DNA of 64,000 nt from the human T2T-CHM13v2.0 reference genome, Homo sapiens (GCF_009914755.1 NC_060929.1), one strand, 5' to 3'; positions 25,810-48,217 are shown, counted from the first letter of the stretch. A program made the numbers and translations. The notes: generated by a model not told the origin, from the sequence alone.

Positions 25810-26248
25810 TCCTCACAGGATTGTTAAGGGTGCCTACTGCCCATTTCCCTGCATCCCCTCTCCCTTGTTTTCTCTAGGAAAGCTGAGTTTGCAGAGGAAG
25901 GCAGGGTGATAATCACTTAGGAGTTAAGAGGGAATGTCCTCAGTTCTGGAAAATCAAGAACTCCTGCTTCCATTTCTGAGTGGAGAAAATGATGTCCAGA
26001 GAGTGAAGCAGTATCCCTCACATCACATGGAAGGTCAGAGCTGGCCTCTGAGGTGGACAGCTCCTAAAAAGAGGTGATTTCAGGGATGGCCCTGACTGCC
26101 CCTCTACACCAAACCCCTCTTCTTCCTACTGACTCAAGCCAATGATTTCATCATCAGAGTTTCATTCCTGCAGCTTAAACCAAACAAAGGCTATACTTTT
26201 ATTAAATGTAAATTCTCTGTGAAAAGATTAAGAAGTTTTCCATCTCTC

Positions 26249-27962
<1,714 letters not shown>

Positions 27963-28249
27963 TCATTCTAGTCTGCGGTTCATAGCTGAGGCTCACATGC
28001 TGTTGTTGGAGACCTAGCTCTTCAACACTTTGCATTTCCTCTGCATATCCCGCTTCCATGTCATTCACAGGCTGAGGACATCTCTCCATCCGCTCCCATT
28101 ATAGGGCCACATGAGTGCAGTGTCTCACAGGGTATGTCTAAACTCCTCTGCTTACTCAGGAAGACCTTCTATTGCCTGATTTGCTAAAGGATATGCTCTG
28201 GAGGGCAGGGTGCTGGTCAGCCGGTTAATAGATACATTCCCGGCATCTA

Positions 28250-28564
<315 letters not shown>

Positions 28565-28769
28565 TCAAAAAATAATAATAATAATAAATAATAATGATAT
28601 TGTTATCTTTTTCATTTTCATTTTTCTAATGATTAGTGACATTGAACATCTTTTCATATGCTTGTTGGCCATTTGTACATCACCTTTGGAGAGATGTCTA
28701 TTCAAGTCATTGCCCATTTTTAAATTGTATTTTTTGTTGTTGTTGTTGAGCTGGAGGAGTAATTCCTCT

Positions 28770-32768
<3,999 letters not shown>

Positions 32769-32978
32769 TTAATATGTATATAGCTTGGCACACTGGTGCA
32801 TACATGTAGTCCTAGCTAGTCAGAAGGCTGAGGTGGGAAGATTGCTTGAGCCCAGGAGTTTGAAGCCAGCCTGAGCAACATAGCAAGACCCCATCTTTAA
32901 AAAGAAAAAAAAATTATATATGTATATATAAACATTTATATATGCAGAGAAAAAAAATCCACACTAAACTGTTCATAA

Positions 32979-33251
<273 letters not shown>

Positions 33252-33628
33252 TAGTAGAGACGGGGTTTCACCATATTGGCCAGGCTGGTCTTGAACTCAT
33301 GACCTCATGATCCTCCTGCCTCAGCCTCCCAAAGTGCTGGATTACAAGGGTGAGCCACCGTGCCTGGCCTATGCTTTTTTTAAAAGCGTATTTTTTGTGT
33401 GTGCACATTCAAATATGTGTTGCTTGGTTGATTGATGACTTTTTCGATTATATCTTACATCCATAAGCATAGTGCAAGTTTTTCAAAGACAAAGATCCCT
33501 TTACAAGGTTTACAGCTCAGTGCCAATCACTGGGCTGGCTATCCATTAGGCAGGTACTGGATAATGGCTAAAATTCCAGTACTGAACGCACATTATGGCA
33601 ACAAAAGAGCCTGTTGTACTATCCACTG

Positions 33629-33642
33629 CCAGCAGATGGCAG
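33629..33642 (+). promoter_or_regulatory. Candidate CTCF site (CCAGCAGATGGCAG)
   Basis: 14/14 match to the CTCF core consensus in unique sequence. Confidence 0.55.
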
Positions 33643-35523
33643 GCCTTCATCAGAAGTCCCTTCTATGGCATTTCCTTATTTATCCCTTTCATCCTTCCAA
33701 CCTTTCCAACGTTCCTTATTTCACTGTACTATTAAAAATAATTTAAACTTCTCTCTCTCTCAGACCAGAATGAGAGCTTCTACAGGATGAAAATATCTCC
33801 TAATTCATCTTGGACTCATAAGTATTGAGTATTGGCCTGAACCGAGTAGGTAAATATTTTTGGAATGAATAAATGCATATTTCTCTGAAAACTAGTAAAA
33901 TCCTACAACCAGCTCCAAACCTTCTTCTTTGACAATTAATCAAGAAACATTAATTGATAACTTCTGTGTCCTATCCAGAGATGGATAGGACAGAGATGGA
34001 GGTTTAAAACAATGAGGGAATAAAAAACAAGCGGTTTTAGCCAACTGAAACCTTGTATTGGGTGAGCCCCTCCAACTCTAACTCTTCCTAGGCTAATGGT
34101 GAAGATGAGGCCTCTGCCATTTGGGTACCTCAGTCTGATGGGAGAAACACGTCCCTATCCTTGGGCGATCGCTGTGTGGCTGGGATTGGCAGGGCCCAGC
34201 CTTAGGCAGCTCCCAGATTGATGAAAGAAACATACTTGGCAACACAAAACAGATCTAGTCATGGCTTTCAGACTGATCCCCCCTCATATGCCTCTGTCCT
34301 CACAGGCCCATGCATCCAACAGACCACCAACTGATGCCATTTTCACACAGGAGGACCTCATTTCCCTCCCCACACCTGGAACCCTGAATCTGAAAGGGAA
34401 AACAGAAGTATTCCACTTTTTTTCCCAGAGCATATTGTTGGGGAACTTGGCAAGTTACTGAGGCTAAATTGAAGGGGCCAAAGGGAGGGTCAGGAGCTCA
34501 AGCAGCTGTGGCATTTGGACTGGGAGTCAAGTATCCTCAGGGGGTGAGAAGCTTCCAGGGAGGAGGGGTGGAGACCAGGGGTAGAAAATCCCTAAACTCT
34601 GCTCCCTGTCACAGCTCAGAAGAATATGCATGGAGGCTCATTCTCCCCCTGCCCCAATCCTTTATCTAATTAGCAGAGAAGTGTAAAAAGTCAGAAATCC
34701 TATCTCTTTGTCTTTTGGCATTCTCCAGTCACCTCCACCCCCTCTCTACTCCCTCTCAGCTCTTCTGCAACTTGCTCCTACAGTCTAATCAGCCCCTGTA
34801 GGCTCAGAGCCCTGCAAGGAGCCTGAGAAAGAAATGCTGAGGATCGAAGGATTTGGGAAGTTCAGTGAAAGTGCACTTTTAGAAAGAAGCACTGGCCTAG
34901 GATGTATACCTTTGCTGTTGGGTGACCAGCTATCCTGGTTTGCTCAAAACCCTCCTGGCCTTAACATTGAAAGCCTTAAACTATAGGAGACCTCTCAGTC
35001 CTGGGCAAACCAGGATGCTGGAATCCAGGCTCTCTTGGCCCCAAAACACTGTGTAACCCTCAATAAGTTCTCTCTCTATGGGACTCAGTTGCCTCCTTGT
35101 CAAATGGGACTCTCTAGTTCAGACACTCTAAGGTTCCACGAATGGCCTCTGAATTTCCTGAAACTAGGCACAGCTAGGGTGACGTTGTTATATCCTTTAT
35201 TGATAATAGTCCTCAATGCTTCCCTAGGACTCCTGGAATCTCATCATCATCCTGGAACATTAGAGGTGGAAGGGGTCTTCAGGATTACCTGGTAATACCT
35301 TTCCAGAAGTGTGAATGCTTATTCATCGTATCTATTTACGTGTTCTACCTGACATTATAGATAGATACATACCTTATCTCCTGTTACTAGACAGTAAGCT
35401 CCATGAAGGCGGGTAGTAAGAGGAAAAATTAAAGCCCTGCACATCACTGAAACAATTATTGGGTGTTAAATTCCACACTTTCCACTTTACCTCCCTGTGG
35501 CCTAGAGGGAGGACACTGGGCTC

Positions 35524-35990
35524 CAGCGGTGTGCTGAAGGCAGCTTATACCCACTCCTGAGAGCGACTGTTGCATTTTTAGGAATTTTGCAAACTGGTTG
35601 TTAAATAAAGCCAATATTCAAAATTAAATTATATAAACTTATAATTATATTATAATTATTATTAATTATATATTAATTATATAATAATTATATAATAATT
35701 ATATATTAATTATAATTATATTAAAAACAAAGGTAACAAATACTCAAAATTCATCACTTCCTAATTAGTTTGCTAAATTTCACTATCATTTATGCTGAAG
35801 GCTATTTATACCCATTATATCTATATGACAGAAATATTATATAATGATATACTACATCTCTTCCCAAGTCTACATTGGCAGTTTGCAATTCACTATGCTC
35901 TAGTATTTATACCATGAAAATTAGCAAATATTACCAATCAGGCTCCTGCCACACCCAAGCCAGTTGTTAATCATTTACCAGCACACCAGG
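35524..35990 (+). mobile_element. MER63 (hAT) DNA transposon with an expanded AT-only tract at about 35639-35722
   Basis: TIRs CAGCGGTGTGCTG / CAGCACACCAG; internal AAATTAAATTATATAAACTT...AAAAACAAAGGTAA. Confidence 0.75.
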
Positions 35991-37310
35991 GCTTTAGAGA
36001 TACTACTATTCAATCTATCTTGTCACAGGCTCATCTGTCCCTACCATCATCTTCTGTTCTAGTCTTCAGCTCTAGATTTCCATTCCTGCAAGAGAGAAAC
36101 CAAGAGTTGGATCATTACTTAAAAGCTAATGAGACAATAGAGCTGGGATTAAGGAAATTGATACACAGGTTGACTAGAAATGATTTGTAGACTTGATGTG
36201 GAATGCCTCTCACTATTCTCTCCAGGAAACCTCTGTCTGCAGTGAAAAATTTAGTCAGTCCAGCACAGGGGTCTTATGTAGATACACTCCAAAGGACTCT
36301 GAAGAAGGCATTGGTTATCCTCCAGGTATCCATCTTAAAGGCTCATCTAATCGTCAACTACAGGATTCAAAGATGTATAAGATAATTCTGGCCGGGCACA
36401 GTGGCTCACGTCTGTAATCCCAGCACTTTGGGAGGCCGAGGTGAGCAAATCCCTTGAAGCCAGGAGTTTGAGACCATCCTGTCCAACACGGTGAAACCCA
36501 GTCTCTTCTAAAAATGCAAAAATTAGCCAAGCGTGGAGGCGAGCACCTGTAATCCCAGCTACTTGGGTGGCTGAGGCATGAGAATGGCTTTGAACCCAGG
36601 AGGCAGAGGTTGTGGTGAGCTGAGATTGCACCACTGCACTCTAGCCTGGGTGACAGAGACTCCTTCTCAAAAAAAAAAAAAACAAAAAACCGCACACACA
36701 AACAAAAAAAGATAATTCCAACGCTCGCAACTGAAGAAGATAAGATTTCTGGCCTACAATCACCTCTGGGATTAATAAACTCTGTAAATCTTGTTTTTTT
36801 TTTTTTTTTTTTTTTTTTGGCTAATTTTTATATTTTTAGTAGAGATGAGGTTTCTCCATGTTGGTCAGGCTGGTCTCAAACTCCTAAACTCAGGTGATTT
36901 GCCTGCCTTGGCCTCCCAAAGTGCTGGGATTACAGAATTACAGGAGTGAGCCCTGGACTTTTTTTTTAGAGACAGGGTCTCATTCTGCCATCTAGGCTAG
37001 AGTACAGTGGCGCAATCATGGCTCACTGTAGCCTCAAAGTCCTGAGCTCAGGCGATCCTCCCCACTCAGCCTCCCAAAGGGCTGGGATTATAGATGTGAG
37101 CTACCATGCCCAGCCCAGCTGGGAAAGTCTTTAGTGGTCATTCAACCTTCAACATTTTCCTCACTCCCTCATTTTGGAGATGAAGAATCTAAGTCCAGAT
37201 GGTGGTAAATATCTTGCCCAAGGTCACACAACAAGCCCAGGGCTCCTGATACCTGGAGCAGAGGCCTCTCTATAAATTCTCACTTCCATTTAGAAAAACT
37301 ATATGATCTT

Positions 37311-37652
<342 letters not shown>

Positions 37653-39009
37653 CTATCTTCCCCTCTGCTTCCTAGAAAAAAAAGAGTATTTTTTTGTAGA
37701 GTACCAATTAAATGCCAGGTGCAGCGGAGAACACAGAAGCATAAGACCCAGTCACTCACACACAGGAAGTGAAAGCGGAGTCACTCCTAAAACTCTTTCG
37801 AGGTGGCAGGGGACTTCCTCGGAGCTATCACTAACCCAGTTCTGACCCCAGAGTGAATGCCATGGAAATCAACCCTGCTGTCTTAAGAAGTGAAAGTTAA
37901 ATTAGATTCTTGATTGGGAAAAGTAGGAGACAGAGAAAAGGCCGCTGAGGCTAACTCAGTGGGCTTTTCTCGCTTAACTCAAGTCTGGGACACCTATTTT
38001 CCCCAAGCAGAGAGGCCCACAAGCAATCAAAGGAAGAGAGCTTGCGGGGGGCTGGGAGGCAGAGCTTTAGTCCATTAGGACTTTTTGTCCTCATCCTTCT
38101 GAAGAAATGAAACAAAAAACTACATACAAAATAAGAGCCCAAATTTCCTCCTAGGTTTAGCATATCTAAAATTGCTCCAAATTGCTATAAAAATTTCTAA
38201 ACACTTCTATTTTTGTAATTATCTTATGTCAGAAGGACAACAGTCAGTTTGCAGACCGACGCCAAGCCTGGCCCATACTTGGAGTATGCCCTAAAGACAC
38301 CTGGGGACTCTTTGGCCCCTGGAACTCCTTTGGTGGGGGGATCTCTGAGCTCCACTTCCCACCCAAACCAGGTCCAAAGTTCTGGGAAGTGATCTGGATG
38401 TTGTAATGGTCACAGGATGGAGTCAGAACTGTGACTTTCCATCTATGCTTTCCTCTGAACTTCTCTAGACTTCCTTCTCCAGCCTTAGGAAAGAGCTTCA
38501 GCAACCAAGAAGGACTTTCCCACCTTTTGTTCTAGTCCCCAAGCATACCTAATGGTGCCCACTAGGGGTCACAGGGTCTTTCGTTTGTTCATCCAGGTGC
38601 CTTCTTAAGCTCTAAGAACCGAAAGTGAACCTAAAAGACATTCCTGGCTGGGTGCGGTGGCTCATGCCTGTAATCCCAGCACTTCAGGAGGCCAAAGGCG
38701 TGTGGATCACCTGATGTCAGGAGTTTGAGACCAGCCTGGCCAACATAGGGAAACCCTGTCTCTACTAAAAGTACAAAATTAGCTGGACATGGTGGCACAT
38801 GCCTGTAATCTCAGCTACTGGGGAGGCTGAGGCAGGAGAATCACTTGAACACAGAGGTGGAGGTTGCAGTAAGTTGAGATGGCACACTTGCACTCCAGCC
38901 CGGGTGACAAGAGTGAAACTCTGCCTCAAAAAATAAAATAAAATAAGGCTGGGTATGGTGGCTCACGCCTGTAATCCCAGCACTTTGGGAGGCCGAGGCA
39001 GGTGGATCA

Positions 39010-39296
<287 letters not shown>

Positions 39297-39373
39297 CTAA
39301 GGAGCTGAAGTCCTAGTAACAAAGTAGTATCAGAAAGAAAGGCATCAGGGCCACGCCCAGTGGCTCATGCCTA

Positions 39374-39700
<327 letters not shown>

Positions 39701-40199
39701 TCAGATATATAAAAAATCAACTAACTGGAGTTGTAACCCTCAGATATAAAAGGATAGATTTGCTAGGAATTAAGGAAATTTCCCAGCAGTTGCTAGAATG
39801 TGGTGGAAGGGACTGTTGCAGAGATGGACTCTGAAGTGTTCCTGCTCCATAGTCCCACAGCTCCATCACCTCACAGCCTTGAAGGAAGTGGTAGGGATGG
39901 CGCACTCACTGGTTTAGGTAAATGAGTAGGAAGCAGCCCCAGATGGAGTTGCTTTATGATTATTAACACCTTGGGGAGGATGGCAGGACAGAGAGTGGGC
40001 TCTCACTGACAGATGAGGACACTGTAGCTCCAAGAATAGGTGACCTGCCTTCAGGGTTAAGGACCCAGCCTGCTCTGGCCTACATGATTCTGAGAAATGG
40101 GCCAAAGAAGCAGGAAGAGACAAAATTGACATATAGAAGAAAGAAATCTCACGTATAGGAGAAAAGCAGCCTCCTTCTCATTCTGGGAGGGAAGAAGGG

Positions 40200-40437
40200 C
40201 TGGAGGGGCTGGGCAGGGCGGGGCTTTTGGCGAAAACTGAGTCCCTCCTCCCAGATCCCCCACTGGGCCGGTGGCTCCTGCAGCCCTGCCAGTTAGGAAC
40301 AAATGAGAAGAGCTGCTGATTTCCTCCCTTGGACATTCAGAATTTTCTCACATAAATACTGAGGAAGACCCTGCCCTCTCCTCACTCCTCTGGACTTGGC
40401 CCTGAGCTGGACCTGGTCCACTGGGGTAGGCAGGGCG
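40200..40437 (+). promoter_or_regulatory. WNT8A: WNT8A proximal promoter / 5' UTR
   Basis: GC box GGGCGGGGC 40216-40224, E2F-like TTTTGGCGAAAA 40225-40236, TATA-like CATAAATA 40351-40358 about 80 nt before the ATG; no CpG island. Confidence 0.6.
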
Positions 40438-40505
40438 ATGGGGAACCTGTTTATGCTCTGGGCAGCTCTGGGCATATGCTGTGCTGCATTCAGTGCCTCT
40501 GCCTG
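40438..40505 (+). CDS. WNT8A: Wnt-8a coding exon 1 (signal peptide MGNLFMLWAALGICCAAFSASA)
   Basis: ATG at 40438 in GCGATGG context, hydrophobic leader, donor TG|GTAAGT at 40506; phase 2 joins exon 2 to give ...SAWSVNN. Confidence 0.95.
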
Positions 40506-40597
40506 GTAAGTCCTTTCCCAACCCTCACTCCTTGCCAAGGAGGCCCCCATTGTCTCATCCCCATTCACCTCTGCCTCACTTTTTCTCTTTTTGGTAG

Positions 40598-40631
40598 GTC
40601 AGTGAACAATTTCCTGATAACAGGTCCCAAG
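40598..40631 (+). CDS. WNT8A: Wnt-8a coding exon 2 (34-nt micro-exon, (W)SVNNFLITGPK)
   Basis: Pyrimidine tract plus TAG acceptor at 40595-40597, donor AAG|GTAGG; WSVNNFL is the Wnt8-family mature N-terminus. Confidence 0.95.
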
Positions 40632-40845
40632 GTAGGATGATCTCCAGCTTCTGTTTTTACCCACTGAGGGCCCTAAGGGGACTCTTCTGGAGAAAAGAGG
40701 GGCGGGGACAGTGCCAGAGCCCCTCACCCAGAGGAACCCATGGTTGATTCTTAATGGAGAGCTGGCCCATCTGAGTCCTGCCTGCTCCCCCAACCACAGA
40801 TGACCCATACCGGGCAGAAGCTCACAGCCCTTTTCCCTTTGCCAG

Positions 40846-40984
40846 GCCTATCTGACCTACACGACTAGTGTGGCCTTGGGTGCCCAGAGTGGCATCGAGG
40901 AGTGCAAGTTCCAGTTTGCTTGGGAACGCTGGAACTGCCCTGAAAATGCTCTTCAGCTCTCCACCCACAACAGGCTGAGAAGTG
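40846..40984 (+). CDS. WNT8A: Wnt-8a coding exon 3 (AYLTYTTSVALGAQSGIEECKFQFAWERWNCPENALQLSTHNRLRS)
   Basis: CAG acceptor, G|GTAAGT donor, Wnt motif EC..QF...RWNC. Confidence 0.97.
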
Positions 40985-41261
40985 GTAAGTTTGTGTGGGA
41001 CTCACCTGTACAAGGGGTATATATGTGAATGGAGCGGGGCTTGCAGTATGTGTATATGTGTGACATGTATTGCACAGTGAAATAAAAATGCTGCCAGTGA
41101 CCTGCTGACCTGCCATTTCCTTGCTGTGTGGCCTTGAGTAAATTACCTACCCTCTCTCAGCCCCAGATTTGTCATTTGGGTCAGTAAGGCCAGTTCTGTT
41201 TAGTTCATCAGAAGTATCCTATGGGTTGAATGAGGTGGGTATGAGGTGTCTCTATGTATGA

Positions 41262-44078
<2,817 letters not shown>

Positions 44079-44151
44079 TTATTTTTCCAAAGCCTCTGCT
44101 TTGGGTAATCAGGGTCCAGGTTTCCAGTCAGTTCCCTCTCTCTCTCCAAAG

Positions 44152-44277
44152 CTACCAGAGAGACTTCCTTCATACATGCTATCAGCTCTGCTGGAGTCAT
44201 GTACATCATCACCAAGAACTGTAGCATGGGTGACTTCGAAAACTGTGGCTGTGATGGGTCAAACAATGGAAAAACAG
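44152..44277 (+). CDS. WNT8A: Wnt-8a coding exon 4 (ATRETSFIHAISSAGVMYIITKNCSMGDFENCGCDGSNNGKT)
   Basis: AAG acceptor after a CT tract, CAG|GTAAGT donor, Wnt motif TRE.F..AISSAGV...C..G....C.C. Confidence 0.97.
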
Positions 44278-44692
44278 GTAAGTTGAGCTTTCTAATGGGG
44301 GTGGGAAGAGGTGAGGGGCTACAGAGCTGAGTGCAGACTAAAGTCTTCCAGAGAAAGGCTGAGGGACACAGCTCCCTTAAACCTCAAGACTCCAGCAACT
44401 CCTTCAATTGTAGGATCTCCTAGCCTTACACTCTCAGAGTTGAGCCTGGGTCCATGAGTCTAGGTGTTAGCAAGTAGCTCTAAAAGCAACAAGGCAATTA
44501 GAAATGAGAAAGCCGAAGAGACTTAAAGCTAGCCCTGGTATTTCAGGCTTGGAATGGTTCATCCATAATCTAGAGCTACTCAGCAATTTACAGATTACCT
44601 AAGACACTTACTCAGATTTATCACTAATGAAGGAGGTAGTAGCCTTTACGAGATGATTGTAGAATAATGGTGCAGAATTCCAGAATGTTTGA

Positions 44693-44908
<216 letters not shown>

Positions 44909-45273
44909 TAGCCAGGATGGTCTTGATCTCCTGACCTCGTGATCCGCCTGCCTTGGCCTCCCAAAGTGCTGGGATTACAGACGTGAGCCACCACGCCTGG
45001 CCAAGCTGCAGTGAACCTTTGAGAGCATCTGTTAGCCCCCAGTGTACCTACTTTTACTGTGGGTATAGAAGACTAATTGCTTATGGCTGGGAAGTGTCTG
45101 AAGGGTGGGCAGTTGGCTTTGGCAACAGGACTCCCACCCACCCCAAGCACCTCCATTTCCCTGTCTCACCTTCAGCCATAGCTTTACACTCTAGGGCTCT
45201 TGGGGGTGGTTTGGCGGGTGACTGGGACTGAGCATGGAGCTACACGGAGAACTTATTCTGTCCTTGTATATAG

Positions 45274-45416
45274 GAGGCCATGGCTGGATCTGGGGAGGCT
45301 GCAGCGACAATGTGGAATTTGGGGAAAGGATCTCCAAACTCTTTGTGGACAGTTTGGAGAAGGGGAAGGATGCCAGAGCCCTGATGAATCTTCACAACAA
45401 CAGGGCCGGCAGACTG
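45274..45416 (+). CDS. WNT8A: Wnt-8a coding exon 5 ([17 protein letters not shown]...[12 protein letters not shown])
   Basis: TAG acceptor, CTG|GTGGGT donor, Wnt motifs W.WGGCSDN and MNLHNN.AGR. Confidence 0.97.
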
Positions 45417-46874
45417 GTGGGTATAGGCATTGTGGCCAGTATTTCTACAGCTTCACATCTGCCCGGCCCTTCACAATTTACCAAGAGCTGTCTTATACGT
45501 TCTTTCCTCATACTACCCAGCCAGATTGAGATGGCTACCCGCATTCTCTGGATGACAAAACCAATTAAATCTGAGCCAAGTGGCTTGTCCAAGGCAACTA
45601 ATAAGTGTCAGAGACAGGCAGTGAACTCAGATCTTCTCACTGAGTCCTCTTGTCATTGTATGTTCTGCTCTGCCCCTCCACACGCGGGCTTCTGAGAACA
45701 CAGAACCGAGGCCTTGCTTCTATGACTTAAATTTTTATCACTTCAACTGCATGTTCTAGTAAATTAACAGGGCCTTGTTGTCCAGCCTTGTGTCCTAAAG
45801 TCTGTCTGGGCTGTGGGGAATTGGGATTGATCTAGGCTTCTCTGGAGTGTCAAACTCTCCCCCAAGACTTCTAGTGGGGTGGCAGTCTCTGGAGTATTCT
45901 GAACACAAATCTGGAAACAAGTTGGATTTAGAGCCAAAAGCATAGAAATTTCCTGTGAACCTATACCTAGATATCCTGGTTGCCCAGGGAAAGGGGGAAA
46001 GGGGTTTTTGGGCTTGGGGTTTTTTTGAGACAGGGTCTTACTCTGTCTCCCAGGCTGAAGTGCAGTGGTGCCATCTCGGCTCACTGCAGCCTCCACCTCC
46101 CAGGCTGAAGCCATCCTCCCACCTCAGCCTCCTGAGAACCTGGGACTACAGGTGCTTGCCACTATGCCCAGCTAGTTTTTGTGGGTTTTGTAGAGATGAG
46201 GTTTCCCCATATTGCCCAGGCTGGTCTTGGCCTCCTGGGCTCAAGCGATCCTCTTGCCTCAGCCTCCCAACGTCTTGGAATTATAGGCATGAGCCACCAC
46301 ATCCAGCCAGGAAGAGGTTTTTTAAGCAAGTACAACCATGGGTAATTCATTGCCTTGGGGGTATAAGTGTTCAGACTCAAGGAGCTCCCTCCCCTCTCAG
46401 AGAAGACCCAGAGGACAAATCCAAACCCCCCAAAATACTCTCATGCCCAGCCTCAAGACAGTAACTGTGGCTATTATCATAGTTTCCTTTATAATTTACA
46501 TAGTACTTCCTTGATTATTATTATATCCAATTCTTATTCCAGCTGGGCAGATAGAGAAAAGCTTGACAAGTGATACAGTTGAGCCTGGAGCAGAGGTTTC
46601 TGGACTCTAGTAACCTTCTCAGCTCTTGCCTGGCTCTCCATCAGAATCACCCAGGGAAGCTTTAAAATCACCAGTACCAGCCCCTTCCCCACTGAATATC
46701 CTCATTGAGAAGATCTGAGGTAGGGTCGAGGAATAAATATTTTTCGTGAGCTTCCCCAAATAATTCTGATGCTCCTTTAAAGTCAAGAAACACAGCTCTA
46801 AAACATTCCCTTTAATCACTAACCTTTGGTCTTCCCTACTCAGAGCCATTCTCTTTTGTGTTCTCTCTATGAAG

Positions 46875-47420
46875 GCAGTGAGAGCCACCATGAAAAGGAC
46901 ATGCAAATGTCATGGCATCTCTGGGAGCTGCAGCATACAGACATGCTGGCTGCAGCTGGCTGAATTCCGGGAGATGGGAGACTACCTAAAGGCCAAGTAT
47001 GACCAGGCGCTGAAAATTGAAATGGATAAGCGGCAGCTGAGAGCTGGGAACAGCGCCGAGGGCCACTGGGTGCCCGCTGAGGCCTTCCTTCCTAGCGCAG
47101 AGGCGGAACTGATCTTTTTAGAGGAATCACCAGATTACTGTACCTGCAATTCCAGCCTGGGCATCTATGGCACAGAGGGTCGTGAGTGCCTACAGAACAG
47201 CCACAACACATCCAGGTGGGAGCGACGTAGCTGTGGGCGCCTGTGCACTGAGTGTGGGCTGCAGGTGGAAGAGAGGAAAACTGAGGTCATAAGCAGCTGT
47301 AACTGCAAATTCCAGTGGTGCTGTACGGTCAAGTGTGACCAGTGTAGGCATGTGGTGAGCAAGTATTACTGCGCACGCTCCCCAGGCAGTGCCCAGTCCC
47401 TGGGTAAGGGCAGTGCCTGA
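46875..47420 (+). CDS. WNT8A: Wnt-8a terminal coding exon 6 (AVRATMKRTCKCHGISGSC...SLGKGSA*)
   Basis: AAG acceptor. Contains CKCHGISGSC with the acylated Ser186 (TCT 46920-46922), SPDYC and C.CKF.WCC.V.C. TGA at 47418-47420. Exon lengths 68+34+139+126+143+546 = 1056 nt = 351 aa + stop. Confidence 0.98.
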   Translation, partial: AVRATMKRTCKCHGISGSCSIQTCWLQLAEFREMGDYLKAKYDQALKIEMDKRQLRAGNSAEGHWVPAEAFLPSAEAELIFLEESPDYCTCNSSLGIYGTEGRECLQNSHNTSRWERRSCGRLCTECGLQVEERKTEVISSCNCKFQWCCTVKCDQCRHVVSKYYCARSPGSAQSLGKGSA

Positions 47421-47705
47421 TAATATCCCACACAAGTTCACTTGATTAATTGCATCAGTGGAAGGGGACATAGCTTCTCTCTTAGAGAGAACAGATTGGA
47501 AAGCAATCGGAAAATTGCAGTTTTGGTCTGTAGTCCTCATGATATCTGCTATCAGTGGGGAAAATGGAGGCCCAAGATTCTACAGCATATTCCTGGCGGG
47601 GCTGAAATTGGAACCTGGGCCTCCTGACTTTGGCAGACCCCCATTTCATCTTTCCTGCAAACTACTTTCCCATCTTTGTGCCTGTACTTATGCAGCTTTC
47701 TACAG

Positions 47706-47734
47706 GGAGAGTTTGGTTTGGGGTCTATATCTAG
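47706..47734 (+). CDS. WNT8A: Candidate alternative WNT8A C-terminal exon segment (..SL)GRVWFGVYI*
   Basis: Internal donor G|GTAAGG at 47404 and acceptor TTTCTACAG at 47697-47705 are phase-compatible and give a 355-aa product ending at TAG 47732-47734. Confidence 0.6.
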
Positions 47735-48178
47735 AGGGACCTTCAAAGTATTTGTTCCTTTAAATTTCAGACCATGTCCAACCCAGCTGTGCTGCTGGGA
47801 ATCAGGAGAATAGAAGCAAAAAACGAAAGAGTTCTGTTCAGACTTCTGAAGAGCAGCCTGTGGCTACAAATCTATGCTGATAAATGAGGTAAAGACCACA
47901 TATCTGCCTACTGGAAAGTTTTAGAGTGTTGGATTTTTTATCCCCCAAGTATGCACTTTTGAAAAGCTCTTCCTCCAGCCTGGACAACATAGAAAGACAC
48001 CATCTCTACACAAAATTTAAAAATTAGCTAGGTGTGGTGGCACTTGCCTGTAGTCCTAGATACTTGGGAGGCTGAAGTGAGAGGATCACTGGAGCCCAGG
48101 AGCTCGAGACTACAGTGAGGTGTGATTGTGCCATTGCACTCCAACCTGGGCAACAGAACTGAGACCCTGACTAAAAAA

Positions 48179-48217
<39 letters not shown>

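Noticed and set aside
45234-45695. 153-aa ORF containing WNT8A exon 5
   Set aside because: Only 45274-45416 is Wnt-like; the flanks are intronic read-through with no support as an independent CDS.
46869-46874. ATG giving a 183-aa stand-alone C-terminal Wnt ORF
   Set aside because: The ATG lies in the intron-5 acceptor (ATGAAG|GCA); no promoter or signal peptide evidence.
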